Shown piece by piece: positions 36,701 through 51,100 of a stretch of 64,000 nucleotides of DNA (positions are counted from its first letter, which is position 1; each line of letters begins with the position of its first letter). A program made the position numbers and the translations under genes. The notes under the pieces were generated by a model, which was given only the letters and a program-made list of their open reading frames with translations, did not search any database and had not been told where the DNA came from. The DNA comes from Tubiluchus corallicola (Eukaryota > Animalia > Priapulida). The DNA lies in the NCBI GenBank assembly GCA_030141605.1, contig JAQGDQ010000322.1, forward strand, positions 186,001 to 250,000. The letters run 5' to 3'.

Positions 36701-39700
36701 GAACTGTCTATAAAGCATAGGTTTAAAATATACTACTTGTGAATAGAAATTTTCGGGCATGGTGGTTGCCGCCATTCACTTGAAAATCATGACGTAACTG
36801 GGAGACTTCGTGACTTTTTATAAGCGCATCGTGGATTTCCATAAGAAACCATGCTGCTTAAACTAATTCAAACTTCTGCTGCTTAACTAATGTTCACGCA
36901 AAGATCTTATATAATTAGCTATCTAATTTTTTTGCAAAACTTGTACTTTTGATGGTGATTAACAGTGCGCTACTTTTCTTCAAGTCGAATGACGTCATTG
37001 GAAGAAGAGTGGGTATTGAAGTGATCACGATTTTATTGGTTACACGAGGCGCTTATTGCAGTTTTTTTATTAAATCTTGTTACCATTTTTCGCAAACATA
37101 GAAATAAGCCTGACCTCCTAGAAGGCTTGACTTTTCCTTTAAGCTAACTTAGAAGTAGAAATTTTGAAATGATTCTTCAAGAGTCCGTTTTACATTTTAG
37201 TTAACACTTTATGTTATAAACAGGTTTATTTGGAGAAGGCCCTGGAGACAGAAGAATGAGATTGAGGGAGTTTTTGGTAACGCTCGGGGAAGATGCGATG
37301 AAGAAGAGGCGTGCCGAAGAAGAACAAAGACGGATACAAGAACGAAAAGAAGCTCAAACCACTTGGTACCATGAGGGTTCGGATGCTTTGAAAGAAGCCA
37401 GAGTTTGGCTGGCAAGCTATTCATTGCCCAGGTAAAAAAGTTCAATTGTTATTCAGGTGTTTTTACATTGCAGTATTATAATCAAGTTGGATAACAATGA
37501 TAAGTTTAAGCAATATCTTACTGAAGGTAACGTATAAGCATGACCCTGATACGATACTAGATGTAGTAGTTAGGCAGTTTAGGCTCAAATTTGCCCAATC
37601 ACTGCTATTCCTGAAATTTTTTATGGGATCCGGTCTTTTCCCTGCTCGCGATATTATGGATTTGTGCAAAAATAATTCTTTGCACAGAGTACTTTACAAA
37701 CTTGCTAGGGTAATAGTTATAAATTTTGAATATTGTCATCAAATTTTTTCACGTCGTCAAGTTGTGTGTAATGTATAGGTGATTTATGCTGACATATGCA
37801 TGAAAGTGCTGTGCAAAAGCTTTGTGCCTTGATTTATTAAATAATACAGTTGACACCATTTATTAGAATCATTAGTCGTTATTAGTCATCGTTTCATTGA
37901 CTCAAAAAAACATCCGGTATGGTACGCTCCTATTCAAATACACATAAAAACTGTCGGAAATTGACTCAAAGAACTCCACTTAATTGACTCACGAAGAAGT
38001 TGGCTTACGAAATTCTCATAATCATAAAAACGTTGAAAATCTTTTGCTGTATACTGTACATATTCACTCAAAACACGTAGTCACCGAGTGCTTGAGCTGC
38101 AGTTGGCGATAACCTTGTTTCTCCTGTGAAAAGCAGCGAACCGCTGGTCAAGTGATTACATGTTTAGCTTCCAGAAACAATGAGGTTAATTGCAGTGGAC
38201 AAGCGGGTGACAGATTCAAAGCAAACCACTGGTCAAGTGATTACATGTTTAGCTTCCAGAAACAATGAGGTTAATTGCAGAGGACAAGTGAGTGACAGAT
38301 TCAAAGAAAAACCACTGGTCAAGTGATTAAATGTTTAGCTTCCAGAAACAATGAGGTTAACTGCAGTGGACAAGTGGGTGACAGATTCAAAGAAAAACCA
38401 CTGGTCAAGTGATTAAATGTTTAGCTTCCAGAAAGAATGAAGTTAAGTTCAGCGGACAAGCGGGTAGCAGATTCAAAGCAAACCACTGGTCAAGTGATTA
38501 CATGTTTAGCTTCCAGAAACAATGAGGTTAATTGCAGAGGACAAGTGAGTGACAGATTCAAAGAAAAACCACTGGTCAAGTGATTAAATGTTTAGCTTCC
38601 AGAAACAATGAGGTTAACTGCAGTGGACAAGCGCGTGACAGATTCAAAGCAAACCACTGGTCAAGTGATTAAATGTTTAGCTTCCAGAAAGAATGAAGTT
38701 AAGTTCAGCGGACAAGCGGGTAGCAGATTCAAAGCAAAACCACTGGTCAAGTGATTACATGTTTAGCTTCTAGAAAGAATGAGGTTAAGTGCAGTGGACA
38801 AGCGGGTGACAGATTCAAAGCAAAACCACTGGTCAAGTGATTACATGTTTAGCTTCTAGAAAGAATGAGGTTAACTGCAGTGGACAAGCGGGTGACAGAT
38901 TCAAAGCAAAACCACTGGTCAAGTGATTAAATGTTTAGCTTCCAGAAAGAATGAGGTTAAGTTCAGCGGACAAGCGGGTGACAGATTCAAAGCAAAACCA
39001 CTGGTCAAGTGATTACATGTTTAGCTTCTAGAAAGAATGAGGTTAACTGCAGTGGACAAGCGGGTGACTGATTCAAAGCAAAACCACTGATCAAGTGATT
39101 AAATGTTTAGCTTCCAGAAAGAATGAGGTTAAGTTCAGCGGACAAGCGGGTGACAGATTCAAAGAAAAACGCCCCTCTGGCATTTGATGAACTTACAAGC
39201 AAAGCTATACTTAACATGACTGTTTCTACGTACATTATACTGCATAAAATCAAAGTAAAGATGACGTAAAAATAGTAAAAGCTCTTTGATCACACACAAG
39301 TGTCTATTTTACCTACGTACAGAAAATTGGGTCAATTACCGGTTGTTTTTATAATATATTTGAATAGGAGCGGCCCGTTCCAGACATTTTTGAGTCAGTT
39401 AGGTGATTGATTCCATTAACCGTGAGTTTAATAAATGGTGTCTACTGTACTATTGTGTCTACTGTACTATTGTGTCTACTGTACTATTGTGTCTACTGTA
39501 CTATTGTGTCTACTGTACTATTGTGTCTACTGTACTATTGTGTCTACTGTACTATTGTGTCTACTGTACTATTCTGTCTACTGTACTATTGTGTCTACTG
39601 TACTATTGTGTCTACTGTACTATTGTGTCTACTGTACTATTGTGTCTACTGTACTATTGTGTCTACTGTACTATTGTGTCTACTGTACTATTGTGTCTAC

Positions 39701-42700
39701 TGTACTATTCTGTCTACTGTACTATTGTGTCTACTGTACTATTGTGTCTACTGTACTATTGTGTCTACAGTATTATTGTGTCTACTGTACTATTGTGTCT
39801 ACTGTATTATTGTAAGTACTGCAGCATTTTTTAGTTGAAATTTATACATAGGTATTTGTTTTAGGGCTCGTCAAAGAATAGAGCAAGCTAAACAAAAGCA
39901 AGACACGTCAGCGAAGAACGTTGTGTTACAGGAGTTGTACAAGGGCATGCAGGGAGTTACAAATGTCTGTAGTCAAATTGGCGACGAACGTCCGATATCT
40001 TATTGCCAGTTTAGTCCAAGTGGTAGCATTCTAGCCACTGCTTCATGGTAAGTTCATTCACTTGTAGCCGGTAAAGTGAGATAGTTTTGTTGTCGTAATT
40101 TTTTAGCAGGACGATCCAACTGAACTGCTTATGCATAGATCCTAGAGTCGCGCCATGTCAGCTTGAGCTCCAGCCAGTTTATTTCTAGCTGATAAGAAAA
40201 CGAGAGTCGCGCCAGCTGCTCCCATAATGTGAGTCGAACTAACCGAAATTTTTGCCGCTTTTGCGATAATCACGTGACACTGTAAATCACTGGTTGAAAT
40301 ATGGCAAACGCTTCCCAGATTATCGGTCAGATTGTGCATGTGCTGGCAGAGATACTAAACTTTGGAAATTTTTGAAGGAGAAAGCTCGTCAATTCAAAGT
40401 TAAATACACAAATAGGCAACGTAAGTCACACATGGGATCATATTGATATTTTGGCATTGATTCGTTGGTAATCAAGATAAGCCTCGCCAAGAGGGGTTTT
40501 AATTTATATTTGTAATAAATCTATTGCTTTTTGTATAATAATAAAAAATTGATCTCTAATGCATTATTTACATCTGCTTTTTTTTGTGTATAAGCAGTGT
40601 GAATAATTTCAAAAATTTGTCTCCATAATTTAACAGTGAACTGAAAATTTATGCATGTAGATGTCTATAAAATGGGCAACGGCAACATTAGTTTTTGCAG
40701 CTGTCTGGCAACCAAAGTGGCATCTAGCAGACCTTGTAGTTTTTACACAGACTCTTCTGTGGAACCTTTGCATGTTGTCCAGTTTCCTGCTGGAGCAAAG
40801 GTTCAGTCACAGTAAAAATATTGTTCTTTGTTTTAATAGGTCTGGTCATTGCAAGCTGTGGTCACTACCAGACTGCGAGCTCTTGCGTGTACTGCGCGGA
40901 CACAACACTCATGTTGGTGCAATTGTGTTTCACCCTGAAGCCACTTTATCACTAGATGAGTCTGGTCCTTGTATGGCTTCCTGTGCTGCTGATGGATCTG
41001 TGAAGCTGTGGAGTTTGGACAGGTGAGAACCACACTTACTAGCTTGTGATTACAATGTTTATGGGTGGCTATTGTGTTTATCAAGCTTTTCACTAACTGC
41101 AAAAACACATAAAGGAGAAGAAAAGAGGTACCCGAAGTAGGTTTCAGAAAAATCGCCTTAAATATTATATTTCATTACAGCAACTTTATGCACATGTTGT
41201 ACTCACATTAAAAGGAATTTTTGTTTGTTTTCATTTTAAATCTCTCGCAATACTGTTCTGACGGTGCCATTACATGACGTCATGCACCAAACGTAGATCA
41301 AGGGAAGAAAAGGCAATGTCAAATTTGTCCCAAAAAATTTTCCATGCAAATCTATATTACTTAGCATTTCGCTTACCTGCTGGAAAGACTTATGTAACTA
41401 GAAATAATAATTTAAAATGTTCTTGCCAATTGGTAAAATGTCACTGACTCACCCTCCAGGATGCGCCACTCACTAACTAAAAACGTATTTTTAATCTTAT
41501 TGGCAAGTAATTAGTAATTAAGTAAACTTTTACTTAATTACTACCATATGTACTACGAATGCTCTGATTATTTTTTAAAACTTTACACAATGTTATCTAA
41601 ACTTGTTTCAAATGACTTGTCGTCAAAATGGCTGTGTCTGACGGTCATCGCGGGAGTTTAAATTTACATGTTTTATACAGCGTTACTGCCGACGCAAGTC
41701 CTGCATGCAAAAAGGTAGTATGTAAGTGCTATAGAATTTAAAGACAAATTTTTTAAACTTTATGTAAGTTGAGCATTTTGTTGTACTTTAAAGGGACGGG
41801 AAATGGAAATTAAAGTACATCCTAAAGTACAAATTAAAGTACTTTCCCTGCACAGTTACATTACTTTGCATCAGTGTTGGGAATTGATCTCATTTCTATG
41901 ATCAATCATTGATCTTCAATTACGATCAGTGATCGACTAATGGTCAATCGTAATAGTTCGTAGAGTTGTGTCAGTATAAAATATTATATTACATCATTAA
42001 TTGCCTGTTATTTCACTACTGCTCCGCAATGCGGGAAATCAAGTAAGAATGTCACAAATGGCAAGCACTGTGCGCAGATATCCCATATTGAACCTTGTTG
42101 TAAGCAGTACTGCTTCAGCATTGATCGTCGGCAATTTCTTGTGCTAACTAACTGTTCTATATGTAAGTAATCATGCATATTCATTAAAATATTTTACTAA
42201 CAACGTTTGTTGCTATCAACAGTGCAATTAAACGACAGAAATGGACAGCAAAGTGTGCAAAATCTTACAGTTTTTATATTAAGCAATCATCGATTATGTT
42301 AATTTATGATCGAGTGCTTAGTCAAACATCATGGCCAACTCGCTTTGAATAAAATCAATTAATCGGAACAGTACTACTTTGTATTACGCTTACCTGTTTG
42401 GAAGACGTGTATTTGGAAAAGAAAATTCAAATGTTTGTTCCACCTGGTAAAACATCATTGTATTGTCTTCCCAGTGTGCACCACTGATTCACTGATTAAC
42501 CAAAAAACGCATCATTGATCTTACTGATAATGTAAAATAATTTAAACTTTTGCTTAGCTAGCAAAGAGTGCGCTACAAGTGCTGTGATCGTTTTTTCAAA
42601 CTTTATGCAATGTTATTGTTTACTTGTCTTTCTGAGAAGGGTGGTTGACTCGATAACCTTTGGTTTTTCGCCACCCTTTCTTCCATGTTCCTTTGTATTT

Positions 42701-45124
42701 TTGTGTATTTTATTGTCAAATCATTGTAAATTTATGGAGAAAAATAAAATTACTATTACTATTACTATCTAAACTTGTATCAAAAGATCTACCGTTTAAA
42801 TGACTGTGCCTACTGTCATTGCAGGAGTTAAATTTACAAGTTTTGTTCACCATTACAAGCTCTGTATTTAATAAGATGGCATGTAAGTGATATAAAATGT
42901 CAAGACGAATTTTTTAAGCCTTATTTATGAAGAGTGTTTTCTTGTACTTTAAAAGTTTTAAAACATAAATTTTTATATACCTCAACTCAACATCGGATCC
43001 CAGATTTTTGTACTCTGAAATTTCTTACAAAATTGTTTGGTCTTTCGCTATTGTAAAACCAACTTTAAATGGATTTTAAGAGGAAAAGAGGATCGCACTC
43101 TTTCTCCAGGGATGAGAATTTTCCGCGGGCACGCGGAATTCTGAGTTTTTGGAAGACCAGTATTGCCATTTTTGTAAATCGCGTAAATTCGACGAGAAAA
43201 TTTTTATGGATCCAGTACATTATTTCACAAGCTGACCGCTAGGTGGCAGGATGTCGCTTTGTTTACATCACGTACATCAGTGTAACCACGTGTATATCTC
43301 TGTGTATAAAAATATAGAATCAATTGTGCAAATATATGAGTCAATTGCAGACAGTTTCTTTATACTTTTGCATAGGAGTGGCCAGTACTTAGGTGTTTGT
43401 GAGACAATTAGGTATCATGTATCCTTCATAGTTGGGTATTTTAAATTATGCATGAGACAAGGTAATTGATATTTTAAGTCCACTTAGAGGCTCTCTATGG
43501 TCACAAAATTGCAATTTGTTGTTGCCTACGTGTTCCAGAGTTTTTTGAAATTTGTCATTCTCATCCCTGTGTAAGTGATTTAAAATGTCAAGACGAATTT
43601 TTTAAGCCTTATTTATGAAGAGTTTTCTTGTACTAAGCAGTTCTAAAACATAAATTTTTATATACATCAACTCATCATCGGATCCCAGAATTTTGTACTC
43701 TGAAAATTGTTTCGTCTTTCGCAATTGTAAAACCAACTTTAAATGGATTTTAAGAGGAAAAGAGGATCGCACTCTTTTTCTCACCACTAGCTGGCACCAC
43801 CTGCTCTCCTGTGCACAGCATTTGCTGCATTTAGGCTGTTTTGTTATGTTTTTATCCATAAACCTGATGATTTAACAAAACATGGATCTTCATCATATAA
43901 CAATCCAAGACATACTCAGTTTTTCCAACATTTCGGGTAACTTTTATATTGTTTTCTCTACATTTCTTTTGTTTGCATTTTTCTTGTAAGTCTCTGTACT
44001 TTCAGTGAGGAGCCTATAGCCGACATAGAGGGCCACGCTCCGTACCGAGTTTCCCGCTTGGCCTACCATCCGTCCGGACGATTTCTCGCAACGTGTTGCT
44101 TTGACTTCAGCTGGCGTTTGTGGGATCTCGATGCCGGAGAGGAAATACTTCACCAAGAGGGTCACAGCAAGCCCGTGTATGATATAGCATTCCAGTGTGA
44201 TGGTTCTCTAGCGGTCACTGGGTAAGTGACCACCGTAAAGATGCAAAATGAGTTGAGGGAAGTGCTCTAGTTGTCGCGGTGTGTGCTATGTAATGAAATT
44301 GAGTCCCATGGGGGGCTCTATTTCTATGATAAATGCAGAAAAACTATTCTGTGCAATTTTGTATGTTATTAAAGGAGGATGGTTACTCATTTGTACATAG
44401 CTACTAGCTCTGTGAGTTCAGTATGTCATGATAGGGAAACATATTTGATGATTGATTGATTGATCGATTGATTGATTAGTTTATTTCAGTTATATACAAA
44501 TATATACACAAATACACAATGAAATTTAAACCATAGCACACAATGTTAAAAAAATCTATAACTAGAAAAATCACATAAAATTAGATATTAGTGTAAAAAA
44601 TTATATACAAAGTAAAAATGATCGTTATAAAAGAAGTTATATAATTGAGCTTGATGAAAGCACCTATGATCAGCGCAATAGGAAGTTTTACCTGTATCAT
44701 ATGTCAGATACATTAATAAAACCAGTATTAGTGAAATTATCACTGTTCTCCTTCGATTCTTGACCAGATACTATATGCAGGTTTTGCTCTTATTACAGTA
44801 AAATATGGAATGCGGTTCATTACACATGTATACAAAGTTCTAGTGCATCATTCTTAATGTAAAAATTTTTAATAGCAGTATTTTACGCGGATCTACGTTT
44901 ATGAATATCGTACAAGTTAAATTTCACCCATAGAGTTTATACTGATTCTGCTGTTATTATTTACAAAAGTGGCTAGTGGTTGAGAGAGAGAGAGAGGGGG
45001 GAGAGAGAGAGAGAGAAAGAGGGAGAGAGAGAGAGAGAGAGAGGGGGGCTGGAGGGAGGGAGGCAGAGAGAGAGAGAGAGAGGGGGGAGTGGAAGAGAGA
45101 GAGAGAGGGGGGGAGAGGGAGAGG

Positions 45125-45157
<33 letters not shown>

Positions 45158-48100
45158 AGGAGAGGAGAGAGAGAGGGAGAGAGAGAGAGAGAGGGGGGCT
45201 GGAGGGAGGGAGGCTGAGAGAAAGAGAGAAAGGGAGGAGAGGAAGAGAGAGAGAGAGAGGGGGAGAGGGAGAGAGAGAGGGGGAGAGGGAGAGAGAGGGG
45301 GGGGAGGAGAGGAGAGAGAGAGAGAGAGAAAGGAGAAAGAGAAACAGAGAAAGAGAGAGAGAGAAAGAGGGAGATAGAGAGAGAAAGGGAGAGGGAGAGA
45401 GAAAGACAGACAGAGAGAGAGGGGAGGGAGAGGGAGAGAGAGAGAGAGAAAGAGGGAGAGAGAGAGAGAAAGGGAGAGAGAGAGAGAGAAGGGGAGGAGA
45501 GGAGAGGAGAGGAGAGGAGAGAGAGAGAGATGTTAATTTTTTTATTTTTTCCATGGCAGAGGTTTAGATGCATACGCAAGGGTCTGGGATCTGAGGACAG
45601 GATGCTGTGTCATGTTTCTTGAGGGTCATCTCAAATCCATTCTAGCCGTTGATTTCTCGCCAAATGGGTGAGTATTACTGGCACGAGTCATGATGCGCTT
45701 TTAAAATGTTTCACGTGGTTCGCTTGTGTTGTTTGCAAACATTTTAAGGTACAGTAAAACACTACCTTAAAGTAAAACCGTACCTAATCTTAAACTGCAG
45801 TTAAAAACAATCTGTTCTGTAAAATATTGAAGGCAAACATCTATTTTTCAAAGAATGCATTACGCGAAAGAATTATTACCACACAAACACAATTTCACGT
45901 TCGCGACCTTAGTTCTTTGCGTTATGTGCATTTCGTCATTCACGAGTTAGACAGGCACTAGTGCTTGCATTTTGGAAATGTGTTGCACAATAAACAGGTG
46001 TTGTACCTCTCGGTTCAGATGTGCTCATTTGTGACATGCTGCACACATTTGACAGCTTATACATGAGTACAGCGGTAAATTTGAAATTTGAATTTTTATC
46101 CTAAAACTTGCCTAGCCGAGCATAACATCTTGCTTGCGAAGCAATTATTTTTGCACCATTCCAAGCAGATTGCACAGGCTTAACATGGACAGAAATTTAT
46201 ATGATCTCGTAATGTTGTGAAGTTGTTTGTCTAATTTAATTGATTACCAGGCTGTTGGCTGACTGAACTACTAAATTATGTAATTGTAAATAAAACTAAC
46301 GTTGTGGATCAAACCAACACGGTTTCTGGGCAAAATGATGACAAATTGCATTCAGTGTTTGCATTTTCTGTTATTTACTTTGATAAACAGTAAGCTAGCC
46401 ATTGTTCAATGACAGCTGAGGCAACTTATTCAATAGATAATGCGAGGCTACGAAAATATGCGGCGCTTTTCTTGTGCTGATCACTCACACGTGATGACAC
46501 AGTTAACTGCTTGCGTTATTCAGTAGTGTCTTTTCCTTTGCTGATCACTCACATGTGATGACACAGTTAACTGCTTGCATTATTCAGTAGTGTCTTTTCC
46601 CTTGCTGATCACTCACACGTGATGACACAGTTAACTGCTTGCATTATTCAGTAGTGTCTTTTCCTTTGCTGATCACTCACACGTGATGACACAGTTAACT
46701 GCTTGCATTATTCAGTAGTGTCTTTTCCTTTGCTGATCACTCACATGTGATGACACAGTTAACTGCTTGCATTATTCAGTAGTGTCTTTTCCTTTGCTGA
46801 TCACTCACATGTGATGACACAGTTAACTGCTTGCATTATTCAGTAGTGTCTTTTCCTTTGCTGATCACTCACATGTGATGACACAGTTAACTGCTTTCAT
46901 TATTCAGTAGTGTCTTTTCCTTTGCTGATCACTCACACGTGATGACACAGTTAACTGCTTGCATTATTCAGTAGTGTCTTTTCCTTTGCTGATCACTCAC
47001 ACGTGATGACACAGTTAACTGCTTACGTTATTCAGTAGTGTCTTTTCCTTTGCTGATCACTGACACAGTTAACTGTTTACGTTATTCAGTAGTGTCTTTT
47101 CCTTTGCCGATCACTCACATGTGATGACACAGTTAACTGCTTGCATTATTCAGTAGTGTCTTTTCCTTTGCTGATCACTCACACGTGATGACACAGTTAA
47201 CTGCTTGCATTATTCAGTAGTGTCTTTTTCTTTGCTGATCACTCACACGTGATGACACAGTTAACTGCTTGCATTATTCAGTAGTGTCTTTTCCTTTGCT
47301 GATCACTCACATGTGATGACACAGTTAACTGCTTGCATTATTCAGTAGTGTCTTTTCCTTTGCTGATCACTCACATGTGATGACACAGTTAACTGCTTGC
47401 ATTATTCAGTAGTGTCTTTTCCTTTGCTGATCACTCACATGTGATGACACAGTTAACTGCTTTCATTATTCAGTAGTGTCTTTTCCTTTGCTGATCACTC
47501 ACACGTGATGACACAGTTAACTGCTTGCATTATTCAGTAGTGTCTTTTCCTTTGCTGATCACTCACACGTGATGACACAGTTAACTGCTTGCATTATTCA
47601 GTAGTGTCTTTTCCTTTGCTGATCACTCACATGTGATGACACAGTTAACTGCTTTCATTATTCAGTAGTGTCTTTTCCTTTGCTGATCACTCACATGTGA
47701 TGACACAGTTAACTGCTTTCATTATTCAGTAGTGTCTTTTCCTTTGCTGATCACTCACACGTGATGACACAGTTAACTGCTTGCATTATTCAGTAGTGTC
47801 TTTTCCTTTGCTGATCACTCACACGTGATGACACAGTTAACTGCTTACGTTATTCAGTAGTGTCTTTTCCTTTGCTGATCACTGACACAGTTAACTGTTT
47901 ACGTTATTCAGTAGTGTCTTTTCCTTTGCCGATCACTCACATGTGATGACACAGTTAACTGCTTGCATTATTCAGTAGTGTCTTTTCCTTTGCTGATCAC
48001 TCACACGTGATGACACAGTTAACTGCTTGCATTATTCAGTAGTGTCTTTTTCTTTGCTGATCACTAACACGTGATGTCACAGTTAACTGCTTGCATTATT

Positions 48101-51100
48101 CAGTAGTGTGTTTTTCTTTGCTGATCACTAACATGTGATGACACAGTTAACTGCTTGCATTATTCAGTAGTGTCTTTTCCTTTGCTGATCACTCACACGT
48201 GATGACACAGTTAACTGCTTGCATTATTCAGTAGTGTCTTTTCCTTTGCTGATCACTCACACGTGATGACACAGTTAACTGCTTGCATTATTCAGTAGTG
48301 TCTTTTCCTTTGCTGATCACTCACACGTGATGACACAGTTAACTGCTTGCATTATTCAGTAGTGTCTTTTCCTTTGCTGATCACTCACACGTGATGACAC
48401 AGTTAACTGCTTGCATTATTCAGTAGTGTCTTTTCCTTTGCTGATCACTCACATGTGATGACACAGTTAACTGCTTGCATTATTCAGTAGTGTCTTTTCC
48501 TTTGCTGATCACTCACATGTGATGACACAGTTAACTGCTTGCATTATTCAGTAGTGTCTTTTCCTTTGCTGATCACTCACACGTGATGACACAGTTAACT
48601 GCTTGCATTATTCAGTAGTGTCTTTTCCTTTGCTGATCACTCACATGTGATGACACAGTTAACTGCTTGCATTATTCAGTAGTGTCGTGATGACACAGTT
48701 AACTGCTTGCATTATTCAGTAGTGTCTTTTCCTTTGCTGATCACTCACACGTGATGACACAGTTAACTGCTTGCATTATTCAGTAGTGTCTTTTCCTTTG
48801 CTGATCACTCACATGTGATGACACAGTTAACTGCTTTCATTATTCAGTAGTGTCTTTTCCTTTGCTGATCACTCACATGTGATGACACAGTTAACTGCTT
48901 TCATTATTCAGTAGTGTCTTTTCCTTTGCTGATCACTCACACGTGATGACACAGTTAACTGCTTGCATTATTCAGTAGTGTCTTTTCCTTTGCTGATCAC
49001 TCACACGTGATGACACAGTTAACTGCTTACGTTATTCAGTAGTGTCTTTTCCTTTGCTGATCACTGACACAGTTAACTGTTTACGTTATTCAGTAGTGTC
49101 TTTTCCTTTGCCGATCACTCACATGTGATGACACAGTTAACTGCTTGCATTATTCAGTAGTGTCTTTTCCTTTGCTGATCACTCACACGTGATGACACAG
49201 TTAACTGCTTGCATTATTCAGTAGTGTCTTTTTCTTTGCTGATCACTAACACGTGATGTCACAGTTAACTGCTTGCATTATTCAGTAGTGTGTTTTTCTT
49301 TGCTGATCACTAACATGTGATGACACAGTTAACTGCTTGCATTATTCAGTAGTGTCTTTTCCTTTGCTGATCACTCACACGTGATGACACAGTTAACTGC
49401 TTGCATTATTCGAGTAGTGTCTTTTCCTTTGCTGATCACTCACATGTGATGACACAGTTAACTGCTTGCATTATTCGAGTAGTGTCTTTTCCTTTGCTGA
49501 TCACTCACACGTGATGACACAGTTAACTGCTTGCATTATTCAGTAGTGTCTTTTCCTTTGCTGATCACTCACATGTGATGACACAGTTAACTGCTTTCAT
49601 TATTCAGTAGTGTCTTTTCCTTTGCTGATCACTCACATGTGATGACACAGTTAACTGCTTGCATTATTCAGTAGTGTCTTTTCCTTTGCTGATCACTCAC
49701 ATGTGATGACACAGTTAACTGCTTGCATTATTCAGTAGTGTCTTTTCCCTTGCTGATCACTCACACGTGATGACACAGTTAACTGCTTGCGTTATTCGAG
49801 TAGTGTCTTTTCCTTTGCTGATCACTCACATGTGATGACACAGTTAACTGCTTGCATTATTCAGTAGTGTGTTTTTCTTTGCTGATCACTCACATGTGAT
49901 GACACAGTTAACTGCTTGCATTATTCAGTAGTGTGTTTTTCTTTGCTGATCACTCACATGTGATGACACAGTTAACTGCTTTCATTATTCAGTAGTGTCT
50001 TACCCTTTGCTGATCCACGATACAAGCCTTGTCGTTAAGTGAGAAAAGGGTGTCAAGTGTTCAGTGTCGTAAAAACGAAACGTCGCTAAACACGGAGTCG
50101 GTTACACAAAGACTTAATGTAATGACAACTTCTGATTATAACGTCTTGTATAAATTTATTCTGTTATCTATTCATTTCAAGCCATTTTGCCGTTCCGTCT
50201 GTGTTAATAGCAAAATCATTTTTCAGCTATCAGTTAGCTACTGGAAGTGAAGACAATACAGCTAAAATCTGGGATGTCAGACACAGGAAATGTCTCTACA
50301 CGATTCCTGCGCACAAAAACTTAGTTTCCAGGGTCAGATTCCAACGTGAGTGAAATCTGTTTGCTGTTTTCGACTTCTGTTTACGTTTAGGCCAACATAA
50401 AAATACTTCTATTTCCATTTAGTCGTTCGAGTAACATTTTTTTATCATCCACTTGGACGGAAATTTTAAAATATTTTTGCCTTTTAATATACTTACTTGA
50501 TGCAGTAATATAAAAGTGTTTTTTTAATTTAAAACGTAAAACATAATAATTATTATAACATCATTCTTTCTTGGAACGAAGGACGCGGTTATATTTTTCC
50601 ATGGCTAACTCTCGGCCAGGGTTGCCAATTTAAATGATGCTTATTGTATTGGAGGCTAAAAAGTATCAAATTTTCCGCCAAATCGGTGTATTAACAGCCA
50701 GACAGCCAAAAATTTAAAACATTACTGCTAACCAGTGGAAAATAAACAACTTTGATTTGAATTGATTTTAAATATTCCAGCTTTAAACATTTACAAAGCT
50801 TTAAAAAACATTTTCCTCTCTTCTACTGACATCTTTTGAGCTCATGAGGTAAGACAGAAGCGATTTTTTGTGTGTGGCCGGCCTTTTTCGTTTGGTGCGA
50901 ATTATTGCCAGTTTAGGTGAACATTTTGTTTACATTAATGCTGTGCGCTTTTAAGCGTGTCATAGTGTCCTAAATGATTGACGTGGTAGTGGCAGTGGTT
51001 CAATGCCTTGCTTGGCTGGGGAATATACCTCAGGCACAAGAACGGCTGGAATTACGTCAAACAAAAGACAGTTATTTTCAGAGCGACTGAACGCGTAGCT

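Noticed and set aside
39403-39838. Three Cys/Tyr-rich ORFs
   Set aside because: Translation of a 17-bp tandem repeat.
44917-45579. ER-rich and SL-rich ORFs (also at 59469-59910 and 61091-61435)
   Set aside because: Microsatellite translations.
46476-50013. Palindromic repeat array as a CRISPR array
   Set aside because: Head-to-tail units with no unique spacers, eukaryotic intron, no cas genes. The same applies to the 28-, 37-, 50- and 85-bp arrays.
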